In this document: piece after piece, positions 24,646-38,313 of the stretch
How the letters are laid out: the number at the start of each line of letters is the position of its first letter
Numbering within the stretch: position 1 is the first letter of the stretch
NCBI RefSeq assembly: GCF_964204645.1
Contig: NC_134031.1
Span: 3,348,001-3,412,000, forward strand
Direction: 5' to 3'
DNA: 64,000 nucleotides
Origin: Tubulanus polymorphus
Taxonomy: Eukaryota > Animalia > Nemertea
Translations under genes and position numbers: made by a program
The notes under the pieces: model-generated
Told to the model about the DNA's origin: nothing
The model's input: the letters and a program-made list of their open reading frames with translations, nothing else
The model's database searches: none

Positions 24646-27600
24646 CTATTCACTCATTTTGGAAAATCGATTATGAATATTGATCATTTCGCGCTGACTA
24701 CTGCTACTGGTCAATTCGACCGGCGGCTTACCGACGTAAAGCCAGTCGATTATATGATCGAATTTCAACCTGTCGTCTGCCGCGTTACTCGACCGACTCG
24801 AGCTGCTATCCGAATCCGACGACGATTTCGACTCAGCTAATTCCTGCGTGCCGCCAAAAAACTGAATATTCTCGTCGACCGTTCTCAACGACGACAGATC
24901 GAAATTACCGACCGAGTCATCGGTGTTTGACTTCGGCGATTTGGTATCGTCGTCGTCGAAATGGTGAATATCGTGCAGCAGGTGATGCAGCTGCGCGTAA
25001 AGTAAACCCGGTTGAGTCATTGTGTTCAGTTTGCGCTGCTGATTGTCCAACACGGCTTTTTCATCCGTCTGCTCCAGTCTATACTCCATTTCGACTTTTT
25101 TCGTCATGTTGACCATTTCGAGCCATTTCGGCGTCACGTTAACGCGCGTTCCTGTGCGCTGCGCAATTGGCCCCGTTATCGGCGCCGGTTTCGAGAGACG
25201 ATGCGCGTTGCCGCCGCCGAGCACCGGATGGCGTACTAATTTCGCCGGTTTCACCGGAATGAATAGATTATCGTCGTTATCGCGCGGTGTCGTCGCGTCG
25301 TTCTCCTCTGGCTCCGACGAGTTACTGTCCTTCGATAGTTTCACGTCCATGTCGGAACCCTTCGACGAACTGCCGTCCTCCGATTCTTTGATCGAGCTGC
25401 GATTCTCTTCGGTGCTGCGCGATTCACTCGGCGTGATCGCGCTCGAATTCTGCGACGAATTCGACTCCACTTCCAGTTTGTTCGACGGTGAATCGGCGAC
25501 CGTACGCTGCTTGCTCTTCTTCGATTTCTTACCGGAGCCCAATTTACCTTTCGGTGAATTCGAACTGCTCGACGACATCGCGATATCGTCCACCGCTGAA
25601 TCGACTTGACTTTCCGACGATGAACATTCTTTCAACAATGACTGAGGCTGCAATAGAAATTATTATCTATTGATAAGGAGAACATTTCAAATTTCGAGGA
25701 AGCGTCTGCATCACTTCCAATGCTGTAGACTCCTCCTAAATCGGTGCTGTTTATCTCAGTAAACCAGTAAATCAATTCGGTGGTTACGTAAGCAAATTCT
25801 TATCCTACACACTAACTAAACTCAGTTTCTAATTCGGTAACCGCCCGATTGGTTTAAAAGAATTTCAAAATTGAAGGAGTTTGGGGTATTCTACTCAAAT
25901 TAAAGGAGTTTCATGCACCATGGATTTTATGTTTAGAAGCAGTTTTTAAGGGAATCAAGGAGATGTAGAGACCATACGGAACTAGGTTCATGATGACTTA
26001 CCGCTATGCATTTAGCCGTCTGGGTTGGAGATTTACTGCTATCCGGAGTATTACAGCTATTAACTGAACCAACTTCTTCGCTAGCGCCACCGTGTATCGC
26101 TTTCGACAACACACTACTCTCCGATCCGAATCCCGACGATTTTTTCGACATGCCCTTATCATCGACGGTTTTTGCATCATTTTTTTCACGCGCTTTCGTA
26201 ATGGTCGCCGAGGGCGTCGACTTCGTCTTCTGCTTGCCGAGTAATTTAAAGACGGGTTTGCGTTTGATGATGTCATCGTTACTCGACGATGAAGTATCAC
26301 CAAGCGGGATCAGATAGCGTCTGCGCGGAAGTTTCGACATCAGTTTTTCCTGCTAAAATATTAAATATAAATAAATATTAAATATTACACGCATAATTAT
26401 CATATATGATTGCAATATTTGAAATGTGAGGGGATACAAAGGCCTGGGACCGAGTGCTTGGCAAATATTTGATAGAATGTTATACCAAGTACAACCAACA
26501 CCCTCGTCTAATGCCAGGTTTTGTTCAGCAAATGGAACATCAGTACTACTAGTTTAAATTAACCCCAAATTAACTCTCTACCACAAAAATCCCAGAATGT
26601 GGGTGGTATATCAGGGGTTGACTGTACTAAAAACGTCTGAATAAATTCCTCACATAAGTCGCATATTTGGGAATTAAACACTGGACTTACGCAAATGACC
26701 CTTTGTGCGTAAGTTCCATTTCAACTAAAAGTTAAAGTTTAAAAGTATACAATATGTAGTTTAATGCTAAAAGCTGAATTCAAAGTTTACAAAGGCTGAA
26801 TTCGTGAAATGAAATGTTGATCAGCGATGATGTCATGAACTTACGTGTGAAACGAGATTAATCTTGCTGCTGCTCCTCGACTCTAGGAGGAATGATAATG
26901 AACTCGTATCATCAGTTGACACACTCGACGTTGCTAATGCCATTCGAGTTGTATTGAAGTTAGTTACCTAATGAACCCAAGAGAATACAAGTTAGCAAGA
27001 CCTACTTCTACTCAAAAAACCCCTCACAATAAACACATACAAGTAAAAAATCCCCCTCATTGTCAATAAAACAACTCTTGAAAAACCAAAAATTCTTCAC
27101 TGAACTACGATAATCACCTTTGTGGTTTCTTCCACAGTATCCGCACAAGTTGTCAGCGGCAACATGTGACATCGCGACGGTTGAAAGAAACTTCCCATCT
27201 GTAAGACGGGCGTGTTGATCATATGAGACACCTGCGACTGGGCTGACAGGATACGTTCAATTCCTGGAGAAAAGAAATTTTACGGGGTAACAAATTTTTC
27301 CAAAAACTTCGGATTAAACACCGATGAGCAGAAATTTGCTTCGAAACGTCGCTGGAATAATGAACTGTGATCGGCAATAAATAGATAAGTGAATAAATAA
27401 TGAACATACCTGAAACTCTGGGTTGCGCGTTTACGAACGCCATCGATGACGAATGTCCGATAGTCGACGGGGTGATCATGTCGGTCATATACGCACAGCC
27501 CGGTAACGGTTGACCGAACGCCTGAGCGCCCGGCGTACAACAGTTCATCGGCATGAAATTAAACGTATAATGCTGCGCCTGTTGTTGTTGTTGCTGTAGT

Positions 27601-30600
27601 AACGGTTCCGACGGCGTTGTAAACATCCCCGCCGCAGCGCCGCCATCTTTCTTATTCGCGTTGTCTAACGCGTGAAGGTCGTAGCGGATTCCTTTCGATA
27701 ATTTCATCGGCGTGTGCTCGACTTGGTCGTCGACATGTTTTCGTTTTTTGTCGTTCGGCTGCAGTTCTTTCGACGGCAGCGGACAAAACAACGACATCGG
27801 CTCGCGTATGACGTCTTTCAGGTATTGCGTTTCTTGTAATCGCGTGTGTATCGTCAGCACCTCCTGCGTTAACATCGTGTGTCTGTAATTCTCCATCGAC
27901 ATGTGCTGCTCGTGGCCGGCGAGGTCGTCGATTTCGACGTCGCGTCCGGGACTCGCCGGCAATCCCAGATTGTCGTCTCGCGGTTCTTGCTCCGAAACCA
28001 GAACCTGATCGTGAAACAAACGCGTTAATAAGAAAAAATGACATCACCGGTCACGGCTGCCAACCTCTGAACAGTGCTGTCAGTAACAAATTGAATTTTT
28101 TTTCCAGTAATATCTCATTGAAATATGAAAGAAAATGTTTTAAAAAATCAGGTTTCAACAATAAGACCCTCAGTAACATGTTTCATATTTCTGTACGCAT
28201 TAACCGATCAAATCAGTATTTCCCTTTATAGAATAGTAGCAAATACTGAAAATCAGGAAAAGTTGGCAGCTCTGGATGTACTGGTAGGTATGTTTTGGGC
28301 TACAGAAAAATAGCTGGAATTATTAGATCGTAAAACGTGACTCATGCTTGTCAATGAGATCACTGCCAAAATGTACCTAGCACACTGGTGTTGTGACATC
28401 AGGTTGGAATCCCTGCCGAGGGAGGATGAAACCTATATAGGCCATGAATAATGACCCTGGTTTGATAAAGCCCAGATATAACTATTTTTCGGTGTAAATT
28501 GAGTTAAAACCAGTGAAAGGCCGACAAATATGACTTTTATGAGTCAATTATGAGAACAAGATTTACCTTTGTACTGCTGCCATAGCTGAGTGGACCAGGA
28601 AGAGGCAGATTCACGAGTATGCTAACATCATCATCTATAAATCACAGATACATTCATATTAATTTCTGATCAGATTTAGGCCAGATAAGGCTACCCAGTA
28701 GATTAAAGACCAGTCTCAGCAAATTTTGGTTCTATAAACAATTTCGAAACTTAAGATTTGAGCCATATCATGCGCATGTGCCCTTTTAGTAATGACCAAT
28801 TTATACCCAGAGTGCTGGAGAAATTAAAAAATGAGAAAAAAATTCTACCCTAGTGTATTGCATAACAAGCATACCCGTTATGCGTCTAAACCGTCCTGTA
28901 CTGTATTGTTATTTACTGATAGCTAAATGTGTTTGACAGGTAGTGCGGTGTACTAGCAAAATCCATCACTGATTTTATACACCGCACTGCAGTGTAGATG
29001 CACTGAAGGGGGTTAAATTCAAGTACATAATTGGAGAATTTTAAAAGTCAGCGCTTAACTTACCTTGAAGCACTTTCTCGACGGCTGAATCACTTTTTTC
29101 ATCGGATTCATCGGAAATCACCGTTTGCGGGCAACTCGTGAGAAACCTACGAATGAAATACGATATCATCAACAAAAAAAAAAAACACTAACGGCAATAA
29201 ATAGCATCGTGCAGCAGACGACTTCAGCTGAGCACTTAGTCAAACGATTCTGGCAGTCGAAACAAAGAAGCTATTTTTACCGTTTAATGTTTTCTGAGTA
29301 ATTAAGTAATTCGTAAGTCGGTAGCAAGTCAGGTGAGTAGACTTTCTCGGCGGCGTTCGGCGTCGACGATGACGGCGGGCTTTCGGTGGCCATTTGTTCG
29401 GTTAAGTCGTCGCGTTTTTCGTCCTCAATTTGACGCGACGCTTCGACAACATCGAACGCGAATTCTTCTTCGACTGAAAATATTTTCAAAATTTATTTTT
29501 TTTGAAATAGAAAAATGCTTTCAATTTTCGATTTAAAATCTAATATTTACACTACACTTGATTAACCTGTTTAGGCCTTTTTTAATTACTTGGTCTATGA
29601 ATTTTTTCAACAAAAGAGGAAGAGCCAAGGGAAAAAATAATTATTTTTCTTTAACAGGCTATGACCGGATTAAGAAAATCAAGAATGAATTGATTTTAAA
29701 TTTTTAGGTTGAAAATTAAGACGATAAGACCTTTTATTCAAATAACTTGGTTTTCAATTATAACAGGTTTTCTACAGCCACATTTCTAGGGAAAATAATT
29801 ATTCAAAATTTTCATTTTTTTTTCATTTATTCAAAAAATTTCCATAGCTCATCATCCAAGTCATCTATAAAACGGTCAAATATCAAGAAATTTTTTCATG
29901 AATAAATTTGCTGCCTCACCGTGAACTTCTGTACTTGTAATGGAAGGTGATGTCGACATTACGATCGTCCGCTTCTCTTTTTCGGACTTCAACGTCATAT
30001 TCGACACGAGCAATTTGCGAATCTTCGTAATGAGCGTCTGAACTTCCGGTTGGTTCCATTCGGGCGGCAGCATTTTTTCCACCTCGGAAAACACATTCAC
30101 ATCGTCGGGACCTCTGTAAAATCGTTACTCTAACATGTAGTTAAACAGTTTGATTTGACTCAGCACCTCGGCTCTGGAATAAGCAGCTAAGTTGCCATAA
30201 ATCGGCGATAAAATTCAGTTATTCCACAACGTATTCAATGAGGCCCCCGTACCACCAGCTATGCTGCTAGACGGCCTGTGTATCAATACGACCAAAATTT
30301 AGTTAATTTTCAATCAAATTTCATCTAGATTTTTAGCCTCCCTCATCAGAGATTCGCCAAATCGTATCTCCTGATGTAAACTCAGATGGATCTTTAGGGT
30401 CCATTTATATATACAGCACAATTATTATTAATCATTCATAAAACTCGGAGTCCTCATTAAATTAGATTTTAGGAAATCGAAAGTCCCGAAGGTTTTCTTA
30501 ATTCCGTTATGGTAAATATCTTATTCCACAATTAGTTTATTTCGAGTTAAAAGACGTTCGCAATGTAAGAAAAAATATCGCGTAGCAAACGGAATTCGCA

Positions 30601-33600
30601 CGACTACCGATCCTCGTTGCTTGCCATGGCCGGAACACTTACCTAAGAACGGTGTGCTGCCCGACGAGAAATTCAACTTTCTTCGTCCACGGATCGACGA
30701 AACTCGACCAGTCGGATTGCACGATGATGAAATCTTTGTTCTTCGCGCGTAAACGATACGGTTCACTACGAACTGGTATCGTTCCTCCGAGTAGAATCAC
30801 TGTAAATATCGATTGATTACATTAAGAAAAAAAAGATTTGTTTCGCAATTTTCATCGCAATGTTGTTTATCGAAAGACAACATAGAAAATTCAAAATTAC
30901 TGACATTGCATGTTAGATAAACATTTCAGTAATCTGAGGTCAATATCACTTCTCTCCAGGGAGAGATGACTGATACGCAGTTACAGATATAGACTAGGGG
31001 TAATAATACAAATATCACTTCTCTCCGGGGGGGGGATGACTCGACTGATACGCAGTTACAGATATTCGGTAATGCTCAACAAATTCATTACGCATAAACT
31101 GTAGAGTAGAATGCCATTTGATATAATGTCACACGTACTGTCACGTGAGACAGAAGATTTCATCTCAACATATGATGAAACAGAATAATCAGAGAGATCT
31201 AATACGAGATTACCGTCACTCGCGCTCAAGGACACGGCGTTGACATCACATAAGACACATATAAATATAATCATACCTTTCTGGTACATGTTATACAAGT
31301 GATGCAAATCGTCGGGGTGATAGTAATCAAATATCGTCGTTCCGATCATCTCCTGAGGTAAATATCCGAGCAAAGGAATCGCGCTGAAAATTGATTAAAA
31401 ATTCGATAATATTGATTGAATAGTCATTATCGATGAGAACATGAGAACAAATTCATTTTGTGATTTAAAGATAGTCAATGAGAAAAGAACCGTTTATACA
31501 GCGTGCCTGACTGTATCAACGTCTGGCAGATCATTGCTATTGAGTGTTTAATTAGAACACGTCTTTTCAATGAACGACGAATAAAAGTGAAAACATGAAA
31601 ATCAATTTTCGACGCAATGTTTATCAATTTTTTGTTACTATCGGCACGGTCTTCTTACTCACCTGGAACTGACGAAATTGTACTGACAGAAAACTGAATG
31701 TCGCGTGGAGAACGTGTTCGCTTCGGGTTTTTCTTGAGACACTGCAAAATATAAGGCATCGAATATATGAAACCAACCATTATTAGAACATCGAAACAGT
31801 CCAAATTTTATATTTTTCGATCCCGACCCAATAACAGAGTTGCAAGCTAAAAGGTACCGGCGCAGCAACTGCGGCAAGTGAGGATTCTGCGAAGATTCAC
31901 TGGGTTCAGATCTAGTCAGTTACCACACTACAATTTCTTCATTTAAATTACCGAGTAATTCAAATCGCACTTGAGTGTTAAAGTAAATCCCATATCTATT
32001 CAATGATGTGTTCGATAATATTCGGATTCAGGAACCTAAAAATCCAGTTCAATTTTAATTTAAAATGAACTGATTATCACGCCATCAGGTGTGTACCACA
32101 CTGATATTGATATAACTTAATTTTCAAATACGGGAATTTCGAAAACGGAAAACGTATAAGCTTTGGAACCCGAGTACAGAAAAACTTAAAAACTTTTAAA
32201 GTAAAACATACCTTTGTACGCAGATTTGATGATTGAGAACGAGAGCACTTTGAACGCGTGCGTGCCCGTCGTTCCGTCTTTGTAGACGACGGTTTTCGAT
32301 TTATCATACGAAGTCACCGTGAACGGAATGTACTGCGTCTTCTTCAAAGCGAATCCTTGATTCAAACACTTGTAGTACCTGCAAAATATCATCACAAACA
32401 GAAAATAGAGAGCAGACGGATTAAGTCCCTTGCGCCGCACAATTCATCAGCGGCGTTGACACCGTAAACTGTAAATTTTAAATCTAAAACAATAAACCAT
32501 ACAGGGCTGCCAACATCTAAAACATGTTAAAAGTAACAAATTGAAGTTTTTCAGTAACATTTAATTGAAATATGAAAGAAAATGTTCAAATTAATCAGTA
32601 ATCAACAGTTAGACCCTCAGTAACATCTTTCATATCTCTATACATCGAACAAATCACTTCAGTATTTCTAGTAATAAAATAGTAACAAATACCGAAAATC
32701 AGGAACAGTTGGCAGCTCTGCGTTCAAACCCAGACGTGCAAAAATGGATATAGTTTCAAATGCTGTTTACATATTCAGCAGAGGATTACATCATTTGACA
32801 TAAAAACCGATAGAAGTAAATAAAAACACTTACTGCATTCGAAGATGCACTTTCTCCTTCCCAGAAATGCCATCTTTGTATTCGTTATAATCTACAAATA
32901 TACGATTAAACATTGCAGCGCCGCACTGTAGATGTCTCATACAAGGCAGACGCCTTATATAATGATAACATGTTTCATTAACAACTTTAACGTATTACGA
33001 AACCATGGACCTTGAAACTCAGTACAATAGCAAGTGTAACCCCCGGATTGATGAGGTCTGTACATACAAACCATTCAATCATAACTTGTATGTCAGTAAA
33101 ACAGGCTAAAAACTAGCATCTGACAAATCTGCGATTACTTCAACGAATTCATATATCTTAACGAGACATTCATCGTTGTAGTGTAAAGCCTGCATGATCA
33201 CTTTTTGAAAATTTGCCGTGATAGTATTGAATATCTATTGCCTGGGGTTCATTGTTCACTTAAAATAAAAAATATCTCACGTGGAGTACAGAACACATTT
33301 AAAGTCTGGACAATCGAAGATGTTTAATCTCTGGTATTTATAGGTTGTTTTAATCAACCAAGTCCCGAACGCATGTGAGATGTGATTTTTTATACGCATG
33401 CCGATGAAATATGCGTAATGTCTGGTGTTCATTCGTATACAATTTCAGCGGGGGAGCTATTTTTAAACGTAGGCGTTTCAATTTAAATGTATTGAAATGA
33501 GCGAAGATGACTCACCACTTTCAATGATTCCTTCGTCATGCGATGAAGAACTCGCCGGCGATGAATACAAACACTTCGTCGTGTAAGGAATGTCTTGTCG

Positions 33601-36413
33601 ATGCACGAGCGACGACAGCTCTTTCCCGATCCAGAAATCCTGAAAAATACGGAAATCGAAATTTCGTTTCGCACCAAAAACGGCCTTTTTTACGCATCAG
33701 GGAATCTAAAACTCCCCGATATTTTCCCGATTATCTTCAACCTTCGACCGAAAATTCCCCGATTAGATTAATAAAACATCCTCAGCAGGGGCCATTTCTT
33801 ATCAAGACGTGCCTTTGTGTCACTCGTCACCACCGAGAACAATAAATATGAAATTCCCTGACTTTTCCCCCAATTTTCAAGAAGAGACAGAATTCCCTGA
33901 TCTGTAAGAACTCTCGATGCAAACAATTATTGTTAGCAATAGTCAACAGTTTTCAAAACATACAATGAATGAACGAACATTCTTCAAGCCAGGGATGACA
34001 TCCATTGTTCTGAACAACAATTCATGTTTTCCATACCTTCGGATAGTGGAGACGTTCGACCAGATCTTTAGAAGCATTCATTATAGTTCCGTCATAAACC
34101 GCTAAACCGTATAATGGCTGAAATTTGAAATGCAAACACCAGTAGGTACAAAGACATTGAAAGTTTCTTAGACCGGTCTCAAGACTACGCAGTTGTGGAC
34201 ACAGGCCTACCTCTTGCGTGACGCCCTCCGATTTCAACAAATCGGTCAACTCGTCTTGGCTTATTTCCAACGGTATTTCCTTCGTCATCGTAATCACGCG
34301 ATTCGACTTTTCTGTAAAAATAAATTCGTTGAAAAATTAAAATCACATATCTAATATATAAAACCCTAGCTAACCAATTCATTGTACAGATTGAGGCATA
34401 CAGATCGTGCATGAATTCTGAGCTCCCTTGGTACAGTGGCATAAAATCTTTTGAGACGCTCATTTCTTAAATTTTTCACAGATACTCTTTACATTTTTTC
34501 TGCATAATCATAGTCGATGTACCTTTCGATTTTTTCATCTGACTGATGGCGAGTTGCAGCGCCGATAACGTCCCCGGCGCGTTCATCTTGTCGTCCCCCG
34601 CCGGAGCCAACAGCGATTTCAATTCTTGCAGACATTGCTTCACTTTTTCCTTCTTCTTACTACGTTGAGCAGACGGATGCATCGTACAGCTGAACGTACT
34701 GAAATAAGAGGAAAAAAACCGGGAATCCGTCAATATCATTTCCGGCGTAGGAATTTTTATTCATTCAAAAAAAAAAAAACAACAACGTATTTGTTGAATC
34801 AAGCTTTTCATGTCATACGGTCGCGTCTGTCATAAAGAAAACCATCGTTTCCAGTGTCGTATTTCAGTCGATGATTGCAATATCATCATAGATAAAAAAC
34901 CGATGATACAAGGAAAATAAGAGCGACGCACACGCATTAACCGTTAAAAGGGATTCCAGTGGTAAGGCCAAGGTAAAAAGAAGTACTAAGAAGGACTTTT
35001 TTGACAATTCAAGATCCAAAAGACGGGACTTTTGGACTCGGAAAGAAGTTATTTCTAGTAAAATGAGGGCCCATAAGGGCGCATTTTCACAATGCCTTCA
35101 CCGGAATACTTTCATGTAGACCAGTCATACATTTTTCAGGGTAAATCCAAAACACTTTCCTGTATATTCAATCTTACTGACAATTGAATTAACAGGCCTA
35201 AGTAATAAAATACTTCAACAGTTGAATTCGCGACAAAATTGAGTGCGAAAAATACATAAGAATCAAATTTGGAAGGACTTTTTTATCAAAAGGAAGTAGT
35301 CAAAAGGAAGGACAAAGATGATGTCCAAACTTTTACCAAAAGAAGGACAAAGAAGGACTTGGAAGGAGCGCTGGAAACCCTGCGGGAGGGCCTTGTCCTA
35401 CGGCAGGTACTTTCAAAGTTGGTGTTAACCGTATGAAAAGCCATCACTTCTGGCCGGTTGATGCAATCAAGTAAATCTAACCAGCAATTCCGCAGGATCG
35501 TCGGTGATAGTAAGGTGCTGCTATCTAAATTTCAACTAAAATACATGGAAGGTGGAATTTCAGTTGAAGAATTTAACTTCATTTGAAGTAGGGAACTGAT
35601 GATTTAATAAAACAATACGACCCCAGAAAACAACCAGGCCAGGAAAGGACTAATAAGTAACCCTGGCGTAGTTTCAATCTCGAGTTTGTGTCGTTGGACT
35701 CACCTACAGCCGCTGGTTGAATATATATCGTCGATATCGAGCTCACTGCTTCGAACACTGATACTCAAAGAACTGTCAGACCTTAAAACATAAACATAAA
35801 ACAAAAGGTGATGATTTTCTCCAACTAATTGCATAGTCGTTTCAATACAAGTCGTCTAAGTCCTTTTTTGGTTCCATAGCCTATCTGACAACTTGCAGAG
35901 CAATTCTCAGATGTAAGATATCAGTTCCACCTGACAACTCGCAAGGTCCATAATAAGGCTGAGGCAAAGACTTATCATCGGCACTTTTCAATAGTAGAAG
36001 TAAGAAATTTCTAAGTAATTTTGTAAGGCAGAAGTAACACTTTTCTTATAATCTAACCCTTTTAGTGCTAATTAACACCCGAAGAAGACCATGGCACCTG
36101 TCCTAAATAAATCCACAACACTACCCGGTTTGTAAGAGCACTTCTTGCAATATTTGTACTAAAAAATAGGCACTTCTTATGGGCTTTACTAAATTTTTCC
36201 GAAAAAAAAAAGCATATTCATGCACTTAGCAGACACGCTTGTGAAGACCGATAATTGAGATTTTTAAGACCGACCGAAGCCCATTTCAGTCTCAGTAATC
36301 ATCCGATTAATCAGCGCCCGTTTTACTTACCCATTGTTACTATTAGTTTGCGGTAATGAACCGTAGTTAGATTCGCTTTGATCAATAGTCTGACAATCTA
36401 GATTTTGCTCCAT
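24646..36413 (-). CDS. per: Period circadian protein; ~20 coding exons (36413-36331, 35781-35704, 34698-34523, 34311-34211, 34117-34037, 33639-33516, 32891-32835, 32378-32212, 31742-31663, 31383-31277, 30799-30643, 30113-29921, 29473-29281, 29146-29064, 28635-28567, 28005-27410, 27198-27118, 26967-26845, 26349-26002, 25648-24646; approximate)
   Basis: N-terminal ESNYGS and STSGCS; NLS SKKKEK followed by GTLSALQLA; PAS-B FSTRHS...LLGYLPQEMIGTTIFDYYHPDDL; PAC PYRLRAKNKDF...[25 protein letters not shown]; CK1-binding-like TYELLNYSENIKRFL and LTQEVLTIHTRLQE; Period_C-like PKWLE...YRL...QPGLLYAQL. Confidence 0.95.
25673..25885. repeat. Dispersed repeat, second copy at ~52487-52720
   Basis: taaggagaa.atttcaaatttcgaggaagcgtctgca...agactcctcct..atcgg..c.gtttat is shared by both loci. 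Confidence 0.75.
28053..28274. mobile_element. MITE with CAG(A/G)GCTGCCAAC termini; second copy at 32502-32720
   Basis: ggctgccaac ... gttggcagctctg. Internal sequence (ttgaaatatgaaagaaaatgtt, agaccctcagtaacat) is shared between the copies. Confidence 0.8.
33697..33905. repeat. Dispersed intronic repeat family (attccccga/ttccctga-rich); related copies at ~56755-57000, 57300-57410, 58490-58690, 61440-61550
   Basis: tcagggaatctaaaa.tccccgatatt...atcctcagc...tgtcacca...ttttcaagaagag is shared. Confidence 0.75.
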
Positions 36414-36899
36414 CGCAAATTCATCCAGCTGTTTTCTGACGGTAGACATGAAAGAAAATCAGAAATAAATGAAAACTAAACACCTGTACCGGCTCATCGA
36501 GACACCGCCCGACGAGTGAGATAGATCCACCGTCGCCCCAGGACCGACGTCTTGTCTCCGAGAAAAAATATCAGTATCGCACGCGCGAGCAAAACACATC
36601 GCAGCAACAAGATATAAAACATATATGAAAGGATCAAACGTCTTCTATTTGAAAGGCTTCACCGCGGACCAATATAGAAATACTCTCAGAAAAAACTCGT
36701 CAAAACTCGTCAGACCTTCAACTCGGACGTGGATCGGTCTTTTAGGTCGGTCCAAATCTGAACCGCACCCACGCACATACACATACAGACATACATACAA
36801 CATACCTTATTGATGCAACATGCATCACGTCTGTCGGGTGATACATCAGAAATGAAATCTAACATACCAAATGTCGAAATCAAATCTCACTGTTCAGAA

Positions 36900-37610
36900 A
36901 ATCTATTATAATCTACCAGTATCAATGATCTACGGTAATCTACCAATATCAATAATCTTTATAATATTTCAGTTTTGATAATCTAGATTATAATCTACCA
37001 GTATCAATGATCTACGGTAATCTACCAATATCAATAATCTATCACAATCATTCAGTTTTGATAATCTAGATTATATAATCTACCAGTATCAATGATCTAC
37101 GGTTATCTACCAATATCAATAATCTTTATAATATTTCAGTTTTGATAATCTAGATTATAATCTACCAGTATCAATGATCTACGGTAATCTACCAATATCA
37201 ATGATCTACGGTAATCTACCAATATCAACAATCTATCACAATCATTCAGTTTTGATAATCTAGATTATAATCTACCAGTATCAATGATCTACGGTAATCT
37301 ACCAGCATCAATGATCTACGGTAATCTACCAATATCAACAATCTATCACAATCATTCAGTTTTGATAATCTAGATTATTTAATCTACCAGTATCAATGAT
37401 CTACGGTAATCTACCAGCATCAATGATCTACGGTAATCTACCAATATCAACAATCTATCACAATCATTCAGTTTTGATAATCTAGATTATTATCTACCAG
37501 CATCAATGATCTACGGTAATCTACCAATATCAATAATCTATCACAATCATTCAGTTTTGATAATCTAGATTATGTAATCTACCAGTATCAATGATCTACG
37601 GTAATCTACC
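36900..37610. repeat. Complex minisatellite of ~27-29 bp diverged monomers in ~82-112 bp higher-order units, upstream of the per ATG
   Basis: Monomers aatctaccagtatcaatgatctacggt / aatctaccaatatcaa(t/c)aatctatcac / aatcattcagttttgataatctagattat. Confidence 0.95.
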
Positions 37611-38313
37611 ACCACAAGCTATCCTAATGTACTGTGATCCACAAGTTGAAGTTGCGTTAAGCGGAGGTAGAAGCTATATTCTCGCAGGTATCGCGCGTGT
37701 GCAACAACGATGTAATTTACTACGAATGGTAGAAAATGCAATTTCCGGTTTTTAAAAAGCTGAACACTGACATTAAGTAATTGAATTCAGCTCCGTCAAG
37801 CGCCCACATTTTATTAACCCTCGCCATCTCGAAGAGCTTTTATTTCAGGATTGTTTTCATTACATAAGCTTTTTTAAATCATTGAATAATTCTGTTCGTG
37901 TCAGCTTTTATTTTCTGATAGACATTGTATTGTTCCTACAGTTATATGAATTCAAAATTTCCAACTTTTTTTCAAGTTTCAAGTTTCACGGGTGATTTTC
38001 CAATTTTCCCTCACGGAAATAGGGCCTTTGTAAAAGTGAACACGCCATCATACTACAGGATGACACCAACAATTTAGCTGGTGACTAGTTGATTAAAGTA
38101 ATTTGAAGAAAAATTGCTTAAAAACATTTTTTTTTAATATCCAAATATTTCCAAACAGGGAAATATTATTCAAAAGGTGTTCTAAAAAAACCATTTTTTC
38201 TGATTTCCAGGTATTGTGGGAACGCTGGAAGCCCGCCATACTGAAAGTTTCATCAGTCTTTACAAAACGTCCCAGGGTACAAGCATGACACAGAAGCCTT
38301 TTCACGTACAAGC

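Noticed and set aside
24637-26317. Plus-strand ORFs up to 188 aa opposite per
   Set aside because: Antisense shadows of GC-rich, TCG/GAC-biased coding exons. No independent signal.
36436-36483. 48 nt intron from a proximal per first exon (CAG|gtgttt)
   Set aside because: Weak donor, and much shorter than any other intron seen here (about 80 nt or more). Not supportable without transcripts.
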